A DNA stretch of 63,781 bases, filler included, from Intoshia linei (GCA_001642005.1; 7 parts of 7 records of this genome joined end to end with filler, not necessarily neighbours in it); one strand, 5' to 3'. Positions 37,817 through 53,290 are shown, counted from the first letter of the whole stretch. Translations and numbers: made by a program. Notes: a model not told the origin generated them from the sequence alone.

Positions 37817-40222
37817 GTGAACAATCCATAAATTTTACAAATGTCAAAGATCACATCAAAGAAATGGACAACATTTTTGAAAAAAGTGTAAACAAAATAC
37901 TAAACGCCATCGACACGTCTTCCAGTAAATTTTAAATGAATATTGAAAATATACAGTTTTAATTTACTATAAATATAGATAACTAGATAAATTTAAAAAA
38001 TTGACAAGGTTATAATGTTTACTATATAAATTAATGGTTACATTGTTGTAATTTAAATAAGTTTCTAGAATTTGAACATAATACATTGTACAATTATTAT
38101 TGATTATATAACAGTGAACCATTCAAAATTTAACGATATAGCCCGAAATTGAAAAATTGAGATGATGATGAATTTTCAACAAATACGATGGTGGATTGAA
38201 AAATTTGGAACTAAACTGTAGTAGTTCATTATCAAATTTTTCAATCCTGAAAAGAAAGTAATTTTGAAAATATTAACGTATTTAATTATAAATGTATAAG
38301 ATTATCTTTATAAAAATATTAAAAGGTAAATATAAAAAATATCAATAAAAAACGAAACTTATTTAATGGGTGCGTATTAATTCAATATTTAGATTTTTCA
38401 AGTGATTATATAGTAAATATCTTGATTAAAATATAGTAGGTTTTTTGATTTTAACATTGTATTTTAGTGTTCCAGAATTTACAACCTAAATTGGCTGTTA
38501 AAATTTCATCTCTAGTAAATGAAGACGTATTGGTAATTAATACTGACATTATTTTTACGTTTGTTTTACAAAAATGTACTAATTTGTGTGTTTTTTTAGG
38601 ATTCTCCGTGTTTAATGTGTTAATACCTATACACACTACTTAAACACTTTTTATTTTATTTTTATTTTTGTATTTTTTAGGTTTTGATATCCATCATCTC
38701 GTTAGCGGACAGACTCAGTCGGTCTTCTGAGGGGATTGAAAGTGTTAATAGCATGACATTAACTAAATCAAATAAAAAATTGGTCCGAAAATTTCATGCA
38801 TTTTTCTGTAAACACGACGTTACTTTTTCTAACCTTTTAAATAATAATATCGATAAAACCATTATTAATTGTCTCATTGAACAGGTTTTTATTCTATTTT
38901 GCTTTTTTAGGTTTTTAATTTTTAATTATCATGTAGAATCTTATTTCTACCATTGAATTTAACTGTATATCAAAATATTGGACTAGATTACTTCGCATAT
39001 TTCACGTATTTGAAAATTTTATTAAATTGACATGTTTTATATTTTTTAGTATGCACACTTGAAGAATGTTCATGTAATGATTGATGGAGAACAGTCCTAT
39101 TTTCAACATGGCATAAATGGAATATCGTTAAATTTAATGGAAATTTTTAATAAGGGAGAGCCATTTGTATATAATACATATCAAACTTATTTAAAGGCAT
39201 ATTATTACAATGAATTTCTATATTATTTTTTCTTTTAGTCTTGTGATGATTTAATTATTCAAGATATTAAATATTCTAAAGAGAAAAATTTTACATTTGC
39301 TGTTAAATTGGTCCGTGGAGCTTATATGAATAAGGAAAATAAAAGGTGCAACAAATTGAAAATTCCTAGCCCATTTCAAAATTCTTATGAAGAAACGTCA
39401 AATTGTTTTCAAAATTGTACAGATATATGTATTGAAAACATGAACAAATTGGATAATGGTTTACATGTCATGTTTGCTACTCATAATGAAGAATCTATAT
39501 TATATGCCATTGAACAGTAATATATTTTATGGCAAGGTTTATTAGACAAATGAAATGTTTTGAAAAGTTCAAATCAAGTGGGGAATCAATTTAATTAGCA
39601 ATTTCAAAATTTAAACTGGACCATATGGACCCTGGGCGTATTAATTTTTTTAGAATGTAGTATATTTAATGGATTTACAAAGTATACTTTTTACAGATTA
39701 CCAGGATATTTTAGTGTAACTTGACGGTCCATGACGAAAAAAAATCTCTAGATTAGATCATTAGTTGTTAATGGAAAGATTTTTTAGGTTTTGTTCTAGT
39801 TTGTTAAATTTTCCGATGTATCTCCAGAGGTTGAGAATGAGTACATATTATTATATTGTGGTTTTCGCAAAATTATCATTAATTTAAAATTACAGAATGA
39901 AAAAGATAGACACATCTTTACAAGAAAATATATCATTTGGTCAACTAATGGGAATGTGCGATTACATTACATTAACTTTAGGTAAAACTTGAAAAATTTA
40001 AATCTAAACTTAAACATAGCTAAAGAAAATTACAAAACATACAAATACATTCCTTTCGGGTTAGTGGACGAAGTAATGCCATATTTGATACGACGAATAC
40101 AAGAAAATAGCGACGTATTGAAAAATGTGGGAAAAGAAATAACCATGATTAAATCTGAACTACAACGCAGAACTATATATCGATTATCCACACAAAAATT
40201 GTTTAAATCGGATGGGATTTGA
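37817..40222 (+). CDS. PRODH: Proline dehydrogenase, mitochondrial (5' exons missing)
   Basis: VMIDGEQSYFQ, YNTYQTYLK, AVKLVRGAYM, MFATHNE, FGQLMGMCD and YKYIPFGLVDEVMPYLIRRIQEN. Confidence 0.93.
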
Positions 40223-40282
40223 CATTGATTTATTTATATCAAAATTTAATAAAAATTATTTACAAAATGATTCAAAAGTTTT

Positions 40283-43200
40283 TCAACCATTTAACACTGA
40301 TAATTTTGGGTCAATTGGTTCACTTGTATCAAATTTTGATATTTTGGTTTCCTTGTCAAATTTGGTAGGTTTACATTGTTTACAGATCTCAGAATCCAAC
40401 ATTAGAGAATTGAAATTTATATCAGTTTTGGGTTTAGGATGTGGATGTTTGCATCTTACACCAAATTTACACATCCCTCGTACATAAAACGGACAAATAG
40501 TAATCGTTTTTATGGGGTATTGAGGTATGTTTTGATAACTTGGTCTAGGACATGTGACTAGGTCTAAATTGAAAAATTAATATTGAAATTTTAAAAATTA
40601 TACTTGGTGTAAATTGAATTGGATTGAATGGAATTGGCAGATTGTAGACAGTATTGGATTGTAAATTCACTGGTAACATGCCAGGCGGTGGCATGTTAAA
40701 GTTTACATTTCTTGGAGAAGGGGTTTGATACTCGGTTGTTGGTTTGGTAATTGGAACGGTTGAATATTTTGGTGTATACTTAGATACTATTACTTCTCCC
40801 TATAATAATAATTAAAAATGAAAAAAATATAATGTACTCCGTCTGAAGCATTAATTAATATAGGTTCTTTTTTTGTGTAATTTAGGTCGTCTGGTTCTGC
40901 AGCAGATGGTGGTATTCTAAGAAAAAGTAGATACAATTATTTAATAAATTTTACGTGTTTTTTGTAAAGTAAATAGTGGCTAGAGTCATTTTTTGATACT
41001 GATTTTGTATAGATTCTTCTTCGCTAGTGCATCTACTATTAATCTTTAAATGTTCCACACCAGTGATTTTATGTGGTTTCCTCCACTATGAATTCATGTT
41101 AGTCTAATTAAAATGAAACAAATTACCAATACAACATTTTCATCGTCATTTTCTGAAAGATTGGTTTGAGATGACGGTATACTATCCATTTTTAATAAAT
41201 GATGTGTAGATTCCACAGGAGAGGGAAGTATACGATTAACGTTGACTAAAACACCATTACATATATAAAGAATTAAAACCCTTTTCTCCATCACACATTG
41301 TGCGAAATGTATGTCTAGAAACAACCATGCGTTTTTAATTAATATGTTATGTAATTTTTTTACCACCTCGCAAAGTTAATTTTCGTTACCCGTTTATGCA
41401 GTCAAATTAACTAAGAATAGCATAACGAGTTGTTCCATTCAGTGCCCTTCTATGATAGTGACGTATACACTAAAATTTTGCAAAATCATCTAAAGTTCTG
41501 ACAACCATTTTAGCTGCCATACATCCTGAAGCAGAATTCTACTATATACTAATGATTCAATACAATTTTTATTATTATTTTTAGCTCAATGTACGAGAAT
41601 ATTATGGACTCAATAAAGAACCATAATATTTAAAAAAAAATACGTGAATCCGATCATAATACAAATAATTTTCCCTTATTATAATAAAAGATCCCAGACC
41701 CAAAATGTTAACAATCGTTAATATTATTGCAATATCAAAAAATGAAAATTTAATAACAAACAATTTTCTATGTATAATGCAATTGTCGTCAATCATTTCT
41801 TCAGCGTTACCTTATCAGTAGAACATTTTCGTTACACCCTTCAAAATTGTTATTATAAACAATTAAAGTAATATCGATAATAATATCAGCAATGATCATT
41901 CAACATATCTAAAGTTTACAAACTGCGAATGGGGCCTTGTAACAAGAATAGACAATGACTGGCGACAAAATCTAATGAATATGTTAAATAACCAATCATA
42001 CAAAAAGGATTGCCAAATCAATGTATACATTGACGACCATCTGTATCATTAAAGTAACTAGATAAACAATATTCATTATATATATTAAATTATCCAATAG
42101 AAAACAAACACATCAATAATTATTTATCTAAACAATTTCGGAACCATAGACGTAATATTATCAAACAAGTAAGCTTAAAATTTTAAATTTCCTCTAAAAA
42201 ATTTTTGAAATACAGAAAAAAAATTGTTTGCTAAAAGGACTAATAATACCTAATGGCCATTTCCTATGTACGATTTAAATTAGCGGGAAAAATTTAGAAT
42301 TAAGTTGTAATTTAATTATTATTTTGAAAAAAAAGTAAATTTGTAAAAATGTGACTAAATTTTATAGGATAAACATCAGATTCACCTATGTATAATGATC
42401 CAACAAAAAAGAAACATTACATTTGAGCCTGTATTAAATAATAACTAAAAAACGACCTTGCCAACACTTCCACTAATACATAAGTTCTCAAGCTGGGATG
42501 CCGGCACACACTGCGGGTGCCAGAAAATTTTTAAAAAAAAAATCAATTTAAAGCTATATTTTTAAACTTAAATGAAATTTCAAAAATAATTTCTATAATT
42601 CGTTAATCCTACCTGAGACAAATAAATACCATATCTCAACATATCACATAAGGCTGGGAAGATTCAAATAGTATAATAAAAACAATTAAATTTTTTTTCA
42701 AACGTGTGAGAAGCAAGCTATATACCAGTCGTTCTTAACTTTTTAATAGAATTGCCTCCAAAACAAAAAATGCACAAATTTTTTTAAATTTCCCCTCTAT
42801 AAAATAACAATTATAATTCAATATAAAAAATGACATATTAGATCAATAAAATTATCTATATTCAGTATTTCTCAAATTTTTTTCAAGAATTTACCCATAT
42901 AATCAATAATTAGATTAAAAAAATGAAAAATACTTGTTGCATGTTGTTTTAACAAAAAAATAAAAGGAAACAATTTTAACATTTTAATCAAATAAAAAAA
43001 ATTTTAAATTTCAATTAATAAAATTTAATTTATGTATTATGTGAAATAATATAGAAAAATCGACCTTACAAGGAGCGATTCGCCCACCTATTGATCTGTT
43101 CACTTTGGTCGAACCATTAATATATACAATGCTTACTAACGTCAAATTTTAACGCAAACTAGACAGACAATACTGCATGTTGGAGAATGGGTATTAAATA

Positions 43201-44642
43201 AAAAACAAAAAATACCTCTCTCATTTGGATCGAAATCGAAAACATGAACAGTTTGTAAATTTTCATCATCAACCCAGCTGACTTTTTTACAAAGACCTAC
43301 GGCAGAATGTCGTAAAATGGACTTTAGTTCAAAAGGAATATTAACATGAGAATCATTAGACGATGCAGTATCATCCATTGATTCACTTGTTTTATCCGAC
43401 TCTTTACTTCCATTTGTAATGACAATATTAGGAATTGGTTCAACAATTAAAGGATTGATTTGATTCGGTTTTTTTACCAATCGTCTCTTTTTTTTTACAA
43501 CTTCAACTCTCTGTAAAGATATTGCATTATCCAACGCATTCATTAATTCCCGAGATTCTAATGGCTTTGTCACCTCTTTATAAATTTTTCTAAAAAATAT
43601 AGTTAAAGTATCGCGGCTTAAAAATGTTGATAATAAATATTTTACCTTTTAACTTTTTTTTCATCAACTTTTGTAATATTACACTGACCTTCAATAAATT
43701 TTTTCCATGCATCCACAATACTATTGCATAAAGATCTTACCTCTAAAAAAAAATCAACATTGAAAATTGATAATTCAAAAATAAAAAATTGTTTTTTTTA
43801 TAATAATAATAATTATAAAATAAAACACCAAGATTACCCAAATCAGTAGCATTCCGTCCGTACTTTTTTATAAATTTTGGAGTACTATCAATTTTTAATA
43901 GCTTTAAAGAAATTGGCAATTTATAAAAAACACTGAGAATTTGAAGACACATTGACTGTTCATTGTCCTCGTGCCACCTTTTCAACCATCCAGATAATAC
44001 TGACCATAAGCAACTTTGTAATAATCTAAAAAAGGTTATTAGAAATGAAAATCTAGTAATTTTTACTTTATATATTTTTTACCAAAAAGTGTCATGTCGC
44101 GGAATTAAAACCATTTTGTCGAAAATAATATCAAGATTTGAAATCAGGAGCATAGTACATGTAATAATATTCAAACTCCAAAACCTTACTTAACAAAAAT
44201 AATAGAATCAGCATTTTTAAAAACTGTTAAAAAAATTCAAAGGGTGGAACAGTTAATAGGAATTGGACAATGCCGATTCAAATATGCTTTATATATAAAA
44301 TTTTATAGTGGCTACAATTTACAACCTGTAAATAACATTTTATGCGAAAGAAAAAAGATTATTAACATTTCCCCACATATAATGAACGAGAAGCCATAAA
44401 ACTTGCGAAAAGGGAACCCATACATAAGATTTTGATGATTCAAGTTTTCCAACTATAAAACTTGCAAAAAATTACTCTTGAATAAATTCTTTATCAATCG
44501 TTTTATCAACAATTTTTAACAAAGTGTTTTGCTTGACTAATGACCCATTTGCTTGAAACAAACACCTATAAAAGAGTTAAATATAAAATCATTTATGTGC
44601 AGTTTTGTTCGGTAAATCATTTCAATTCATACTTTCTTCCAT
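40283..44642 (-). CDS. PPP1R10: PP1 nuclear targeting subunit PNUTS
   Basis: TFIIS-N/LW-like region (WLKRWHE...LPISLKLLK...AWKKFI), KSIL plus KKVSW (RVxW PP1-docking motif) followed by FDFDPNER, a Pro-rich region, and a C-terminal CCCH finger CPFYVRGMCKFGVRCKHPH. Confidence 0.85.
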
Positions 44643-47600
44643 CTGTACTTTTTAATCAATTTTAATTGTAGAATTTTCGAAAGATATAAAAAGGACGGAA
44701 AAAATTAAAACAAAATATTTATATGTATACGTTGTACATTTCACTAAAATATACAAAGGATGTGCAATTTTTCTTATTAGCTAGAGTGTTGGATGAATTT
44801 CTGTAAATATACTATTTTCAGTATCTAATTAAATATATACTTTAGAATTTATCACAAGTAGTATTATTAAAAAAAATTTACTATATAATCACATCTTAAT
44901 AATTGAACACAAAATAAACTGACATTCTGGACAAAAAACGTTCATATTTTGAACTAAAAAAATAACTCAATATCTTTAAATGATTTTTAAAAATGTTATA
45001 CAAATGAAATTAAAAACAATAATTATAAAATTTTCCATAAATGTTACATTATTTTGCCAATCTAGTATCATATATCACAAACAAAACGAAATTTACATAG
45101 CTGTACAAATCTACAATATAAAAAAAGTACTTTTAACACAGCATGTGGTAAAATTTTGAAAATTGTTAGATTTCTATATATGGAGTAGATAAAGCGGTTA
45201 ATAAATTTCATTAATTTGATGAAATTGGATAAAAACACATCTCAGCTAAAGCACAAAAATGATGTTAAAATTAAAATAATTTCAACATGAAATACAATAA
45301 TCTAAAAATATGATTCGATTATGAATACAAATTATATATCATGAATCATGATTAAACGACTCTTTAAATGAAACAAGACAAGAATTGTAACAATAAAGCT
45401 AAAGAGGAATTAAATCAAAATATGAATTTAAGACAGTCCAGTTTAGCTAAATTTAATGCAATTCTCATGTCCAAGTATCCATTGATCTAATTGCTATTAT
45501 AAATATATTTATGAAATAAATACCTGGTCATGGCATTGCAATATCCGGGCGAAGCTTTGGATGTTTGAAATAAATGTCAATTTATTAAAAACATTTAAAA
45601 TTTAATTTAATTTAAAACAAATAATAATATTGCAGTCTAAATATAAATGTTAACGAAATTAAAAAAGTAAATTACCTTTATTGATATTTCTTATAGAGTT
45701 AGTACGAGTCAAAATAAATTTGATTGAATTCTGAAATCATTGACGTCTTTTCATTTAATCATCCTTAGGCATTTAAATTGCAAATTAAAGCAAGTGACAG
45801 ACCTACAATATGAACAAAATATCAACTCAAAACAAAACTGCAACATATTTTTAGATAGAAAATGACCAAATGACTAACGTTTTAAAACACTCAATTTCCG
45901 TGCTTTTTAATGCACCTTTGCCGTCTAGTAAATTTTCGATCGATGTTATATACTCGGATTCTTCCATTATGTATTTTTAGCTTATTAATATTATATTCAA
46001 TTTTTTACAATTGTTTTTATGTTGTCTTATTTAATTTGAGCGAAATTGTAAAAATCATAGATAAATATTGTCTGCGTTATTTGTTTTATGTGAGTTTCCA
46101 TATTAATTTCAGATTTTACTATGGTGTTTGATGTTGTCAAGATACATTTTTTATTTGTAATGTATCTTTTATTTAATTTCCATGTAAATGACATTATTTA
46201 TTCGTTTTTAGCCCATTTAGAAAATTTAGTACTGAATTGCACTTTGAAAGTTTGAATTGATTCTATACTCATTTTGAATTTTCAGATAGTCTGGATTTCT
46301 CAATAACAAGTTCAAAAGCATAAATACGCACATATATGCCTATTTTTATTGATTTGTTTTTATTTTTTTAGCTAACAGTTTATAAATAGAATTATCATTA
46401 TGTGAGTTTAATATGAAATGATGGTTTTATCAGGGTTTCACAATCTGTCCGTTTTCGCCAACATAACGTAATTCATAATAATGTAGTTGAAAAGGTTGTA
46501 AACCCTGTAGTGTATAATAGGCAGGGTATGTTATATTACATAGATTTGTAAATACATCAAAGATCCCAAGTCACTAAATTTGTTTTTTTATGAAAATGCT
46601 TTGACAAGGTTAAAGGTTGAGAAGCCCTCATTTATTAAATAGAGTTTACATTTTGTATCCCTAGAAATTTGTTACTAAAAATATCCATAAATCTGCTAAG
46701 ATTTAACAGGTGTATCCGAAACGGCTTAAAAATTACAATTTAAACTAACTTTCAGATTGGGATCAATTACTTTATATTATTTTTGCCACGTTTAAAAGAT
46801 TAGATTTAAATTATTATAAAAAATGGGGTTAATTTGGGACGATATTTTTAATCTAAAAGGTCTTCCAAGAAATATATGAATCTTTTTGTAATCTACTTGA
46901 TATACTGGTTCTGGTTGCCAGAAGAAAACGTGATCCCAAACTAGAAATTTAATATTTATAACAATTTTGTACACAATAGAATGCATTGTAATGTAATTTG
47001 TAAAGATACAGCGAAACAAAAAAATTAAATTTTGGGTTTTTTCAACCGTTTAGATTGGGATCTTAATTTTAATCTGGAAAGATGACTACGTCATGATGTG
47101 ATAGTAAATATTTGTAATATTCTGCATGACAACAAATTATAAAAACATAAAATTACGACAACACTGGTACCATTTATCATTATCTACATTTACATTGTAA
47201 ATTTTAGATTCTAAAGTTCTAAGGGGATTTTTTCTAAAAAAACTGTTAACCAAAAGTTAGTAATTTCCAACATGACCCTTTTTACGATTTACATTACGGT
47301 CGTGTTGGTCAAATTATGTGTATTATAACTTATATTATGCTTTAACTACCCTACAGGGTATGCAGTGAATGACAAAACATTAACAAGAATAATATGTAAT
47401 GTAATAAAAAATAATTAAACGAAAATTATTGTACAATAATAGGAGAATCTTTTACATTAAATTTATCAGGAAATAATTCTTTTAGTACAACGTCAAGCAG
47501 GTAGTATGATAGCTAAATAAATGATAATTATATAAATAACATTTCCCTTGAATGTTTCTAAAGTTTAAAAAAAAGTTTCCTTGAAAAGTTATTACATTAA

Positions 47601-47801
47601 AAGTATATATAATCAATTTTAATTTGCATTTTCTACAGTACTTATTAAGTTTGATGCAATATTCACATGAAAAATGAACACCCAGAATGAAAGTTAAGAC
47701 TTGAAAAATATTTATTTATTGAACATAGTGATAAATAATAATCCTTGACTATGATTCAACCATTTTTATTATTTTGAAAAAATTATTGACTGTACAATGT
47801 A

Positions 47802-48739
47802 CAGTCAAACCTCAATTTAACGAAAAACAAATTACATAAAAATTACTTGTTCGTTGAAAGAAAGTTAACGAAGAAACTAATTAATTTATTTTTTTTGGTT
47901 TTTTCTTTAATATAGTTTCTTTGACTGCTTGTAATGATATGAAGCCATCCAAATTATTACAAAGAAAGTAATTATCTATTTTATCAATACATTCTAATGC
48001 AGTGGTTCTCAACCCGTGTTCCGCGGAACCCAGGGGTTTCGCGAAATTTAATTGGGGTTCCGTGAAATATAAATGCGATATTTTTAAATTTAATGTTTTT
48101 CTAAATTATTGTTGTTTTTAATTATAATTTTACATAAATATATTCTTTAATAAAAATTAAATATAATATCTAATATATAAAACCTCTGTAAAAAATATCA
48201 GGCTCAAATTTCTCATTGAGAAGGAAAAATACATTTCATTATTAAAAAATGTATATGTTTTCAATGTTAGAAGCGTAATTTTTTAATTAAAAATCAAATT
48301 GTTTTATATATGCGACATGCGAAAAAAAATTTTTGATCATGCTTTTAGGTCCCGCGATTTTTTGAAATTTCATAAGGGTTCCCCGCAGTAAAAAAGGTTG
48401 AGAAATAGTTCTAATGTCTCCATTCGAGTTATATTCTCGGTATAATTTCATCTATTACATCCATTTGTTATTTAAAATTAAATTTTATATTAATCACACC
48501 AAGAGGCATGCCAAATTTAATTGAAAACTCTCTTTGACTATATTTAGCACTACTCATTTCATAAAAATTGATAGCCTCAATTTGTCTACTAATGTATATT
48601 TTTCATATAGCTGATTATGGCATCATTTTAATATTTGCGGTTTGTTCGTTAATACATTTAGTTTTTTATACAGTATATAGTACCAGTATACCCATAAATT
48701 ATTAATTTTTTATTTTTTCGTTAAATTGAGGTTTGACTG
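47802..48739 (-). mobile_element. pogo/Tigger-like deletion derivative
   Basis: Matching TIRs CAGTCAAACCTCAATTTAACGAAAA with TA flanks. Internal minus-strand HTH-like remnant YSQREFSIKFGMPLGVIN. Confidence 0.8.
48000..48408. mobile_element. hAT (Charlie-like) MITE nested in the pogo element
   Basis: CAGTGGTTCTCAACC ... GGTTGAGAA ends with an exact 8-bp TSD TTCTAATG (47992-47999 and 48409-48416). Confidence 0.85.
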
Positions 48740-48751
48740 TACACTGTACAG

Positions 48752-50358
48752 TAGGGTGTCCTAAATGGACATTTTTTTTCGAAATTGAGAAAGTATCTTT
48801 CAGTGTATGTCCCATTTTTGATATAGAGTATGATACAATATTTAGTTTTTTATTTAACAGTATTTTGCTCAGGCGGGACAGGTTAATTTATTTATAAAAA
48901 TAATAAAAAAATAATTTAGCTAATATAACTTTATTTACATCCGTAGTGATAGGTAACGTTTTATTTACCCTCGTACCCCTCTGATTATATTGAATTATTG
49001 GTAAATAAAATAATTTAATTGTAATTATTAACTTTTTGTATACAAATTAGTTTTATAGTTTTTAGTCAAATTAAATACATTTTTCATCCGATTTGCATCT
49101 GATCGAATATTCGTCCATGCATTTCAAAGCTCTTTCTGCTATTTCATTGGTATATGAAATATTAAGTCTATTACTGAAAGGGTNTTAACAGTATTTTGCT
49201 CAGGCGGGACAGATTAATTTATTTGTAAAAATAATGAAAAAATAATTTAGATAATATAACTTTATTTACATCCGTAGTTGTGGGTAACGTTTTATTTACC
49301 CTCATACCCATCTGATTATATTGAATTATTGGTAAATAAAATAATTTAATTGTAATTATTAAATTTTTGTATACAAATTAGTTCCAATTTTTCATCCAAT
49401 TTGCATCTGATCGAATATTCGTCCATGCATTTTAAAGCTCTTTCTGCTATTTCATTGGTATATGAAATATTAAGTCTATTACTGAAAGGGTTTTCACGAA
49501 TCCAATGCTTATTTAAGCATTTTAATACATTAGGATACTAAAATAAATAATAATAATAGTAATGTTACATTTAATAACAATTCTTCTTCTAACGAATTCC
49601 ATTTTGCAAATCTTTGATATCTGCAGGTGAACCAACATTGAGACCAAATATCAACAATAAAATCGCAATTTTTTAACTTTAGGGGATCTGCCTATGTTTA
49701 TAATATAGGCTTTTAGAGCATATAATGTTCTGCCATTCCATCGAACATTTGAAATGCATCCAGGTTTTATGAAGTTGATGATAGGATTTTGTTTAAATTT
49801 TCTGAGAGTTTTGTATGCGTCAATAAGATTCTGAAATTCTTTGTAATCATTGCGCCAATTACCACTAATAACTGTGTAGTTTTGGATTTCAATTTCACCA
49901 GTATATTGTGATTTTAACAATAAAAAATGTTACTTAATTGTTGTGACGAATGAAAATTGTATGTTTGGAGAAATTATATCTACTTTAAAGATTGCGAGAA
50001 AAACATGTTTCAAAATCAGGTCTAGGATGTGACACCGACAACCTTCATAATTAAAATTAGTTATAATAGATTTTAAATATGTTATGACACCCTGTTTTTT
50101 ACCTGTGTTTGTGCTTGTCGTATCGCAAATTACCATTGCAATTTGATCATTTAAATTAAATTCCTCCAAAATATTTGCAATTTCGTCATATTGTACAACC
50201 CTAACCATTTTTCAAAGATCGTAAGACTATAAGTCTTCCGTAATTTTCTTCAGAATAGCAAACTGCCAATTTTTCTATTTTACGTTTTCTGTCAAAATGC
50301 AAACAGAATTTTAGTTTAAAAGACAATAGATCATTTTTTAATGTATCTTTAACAGTTT
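48752..50358 (-). mobile_element. hAT-like (hATm-type) transposon, disrupted transposase, terminus TAGGGTGTCC
   Basis: MVICDTTSTNTG...CRCHILDLIL...ISNVRWNGR...TNEIAERA with frameshifts. TAGGGTG end at 48752; similar ends at about 37494, 51040-51047(-) and 63523. Confidence 0.65.
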
Positions 50359-52246
50359 NNNNNNNNNNNNNNNNNNNNNNNNNNNNNNNNNNNNNNNNNN
50401 NNTTAATTAATTAANNNNNNNNNNNNNNNNNNNNNNNNNNNNNNNNNNNNNNNNNNNNAATTTCCCGAATATATTGTGAAAAATTAATTTAACTATTGCT
50501 TCTTAAAAATGATTTAAAAGTTATTATAACAAAAAATATCTAATAAATTTTGGTATATTATGGAATCTATGTATTGACCATATTCATTGCAACATGACTT
50601 TATTTTTGCAAACATGATTAACAAGATCGTGAATGTCTTGTATTTGAATGAATTTATTATATTATAAATAACCAGAATTCGAGAAATTAAATCGTTAATA
50701 AAATCCAAAAAAATTAAGCTAAAAACAAATTTAAAATAATAAACTGTATAACTAAACATGGAGAACAGTATTATAAGGCGATACCACGTTTAAAAGCTCA
50801 AACGCCGATTTCCATTAAATTAAAGTTCAGTTTTAATTTCTTCATAATATTTATACAGTGATATTTAAAATGACAAACACAACTCGAATATATAGCGTTA
50901 AATATTTTTGATTGCGAATTAGTTTTTCTATTTTAAAAATACACNTATAGCGTTAAATATTTTTGATTGCGAATTAGTTTTTCTATTTTAAAAATACACA
51001 CTTTTAGTGCTAATTGCCCTTGATTCTTTGATGGGTGTGACACCCTAATATACACGTCTAGTACATAATTTTCACTTTACATTACTGAGTAATTACTGGA
51101 ATGCATTCTGCCAAACTCGTAATGTAAAGTGAAAATTATAAGCTATAACATGTAATTTTTTTTCCTATTTAGTCTATTGAATCAAAATTTCAATTTTTGC
51201 ATGTTGAAATATATAGGCAAATATATTAAAGTAGGCAGGAAAGATTGGCAAGCGATAGTTCGTTTAGAAAATAATTTAACATATCTAATTAATTTTGACA
51301 ATCTTTTGTTATATTTTTAATATGCGTGGGAAAATTTAAAATTATTATTAGTGTACAATATTTTCGGCTCTAATTTTATAGTCAATTCAAATTTACATTC
51401 AGCTTGTTTCATAAAAGAAGGCGGATTTTGTCAATCTTTTACAAGATTGGCAAGTCGAGGAAAGATTTTGGCTTACAGCTCTAAACATATTAGTCAAATG
51501 AAATAAATTGGTCAAAATATCTTTTTATAAATTGTCAATCTTTCAATCCAAATATCGACAATCTGGACAACATACCAAAGCCTCATCAGTCACTTTTATC
51601 CAGACATTAATAAAATTTCAAACCCTTAGGTAAAAATCCCGTTTTTAGAATATTATTTGAAAAAATCCAATTTTACTAAACCTTCATAGTCAAAAACCCT
51701 AATCATATTTTTTCAATAAAAAATAAAATCAGTCCTGGAATTTTTAACATAAATTCTGGTATGATAAATTGTAACATACATTATTTTTTAAGATCATGAG
51801 CATTATCATAAATCACAACCTCAAAAACTTAAAATCAAATAAAAAGTAGGGCGTCGCAGAAGTAGCTGCTGTTTTTACGAATCATATAGCACATATCAGT
51901 CAACTAAAATTGTATAAAATTAATATGAGATTTATCCAAGTTTTCATAGTTCCAATAAATTCGTGAAATTTCCAGCCCACCAAATATGCAATGCCTCATC
52001 TAAAAATTTTTTCAGCCCCCATCAGTGGGATCTAGGCCCACGGTTTTGAATTGAATCCCTGCAAACATATAATAAAATATTTTTATGGTAATTTTTAAAT
52101 AAGTACTGAATTTTAAAACTCAGAGCAAAAAAATATCAAATAACTCAGTATAGGTAAAACAAAGTACTTAGTATAACTCAATACTTTTTACAAAAGTTAA
52201 AAAAAAGGTTACTATATAACTACAGTAGTATGTATTGTAAAAATAC

Positions 52247-53290
52247 TATAGTTGTCCCGTAACGTTGCGGGTACATTAATCCAGAAATTGTAAACATAGC
52301 AATAATCGCTGAAGAAGAAAAAAATCCTTCAAATATTCGTAATATAATACAATAAGTTGAATATAATCTAGCATCTTCAATCTGGGAAACTAAACTATGC
52401 AATATTAGATTCATTTAAATTTAATAATATAATAGTATAAATATTAAAAAATTGCATCACAAAATAAAAAATTTAGTGGGAATAATTTATTTTAAACTTA
52501 CTTTAATGTTAAACAACTGGTTCATCGTAAAAAGGATTGAAAAACATCCCGTTAACGAATTAGTCGAAGTAAATAGTAGTATTTTTATGTAATACATAGT
52601 AGTGTATTGTATAATAGTGTATATTATACATGTAGTTTATTTAATTTATTTATAAATAGAATTATAAAAATATGTCCGGGCCATAATCGCTTTTAACAGA
52701 GCTAGTTGCTGTTTGTACGAAGTATATAACAGTCAAGCTAGTACAGCATAAAATGAAATATAAATATACCCAAATAATATGACACATCCTGCTGAAAAGA
52801 AAATTCCTGTAGCCAGAATAACAATGGAATTGACTTTGGTGATCTAATTATACAATGATTTTAATCAAACGTTTAAAAATTCACCAATTTTCCAATTAAT
52901 GGAGAAAAAATAACGCTACTCAATTCAAAAACTCCAATAACCAATCCAATGATTGGCCCATTTACTCCTTTTTTCCTGGCCTAAATGAAATTAATAATAT
53001 TAAAAACCTTTATATAAGGATTATGATATTACTTCAATAGGATAGAACGGTGCAAGAATAGAATATGTGGAAAATATGAAAAGATGGGTAATACAAAAAA
53101 CAATTAAAATAAAATAACGATGATTTAGAATATATTTAAATGATATTCTTTTGAATTTAAATTCTCGTTCAGAATTGCACAGACTCTTGTTTTCCGAGTC
53201 ACAATTGACCGTGTTACAGATGCTACATATTGTTATACTGGAATTTATGTCGGTGGAACTATTTGTTGTATAAATTTGAATGTTTTTCAT
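52247..53290 (-). CDS. SLC18B1: MFS transporter, SLC18B1-like (first four exons)
   Basis: YSILAPFYPIE|ARKKGVNGPIIGLVIGVFEL...SPLIGKL|...GIFFSAGCVILFG|...YCIILRIFEGF...MYPQRYGTTI. Confidence 0.75.

Noticed and set aside
40212-40487. 91-aa plus-strand ORF overlapping the PRODH end
   Set aside because: It is the antisense shadow of the PNUTS last exon.
48854-49490. Tandem duplication of about 300 bp (also 50890-51000)
   Set aside because: The copies are separated by a single N (49184 and 50945), typical of unmerged contig overlaps or haplotypes.
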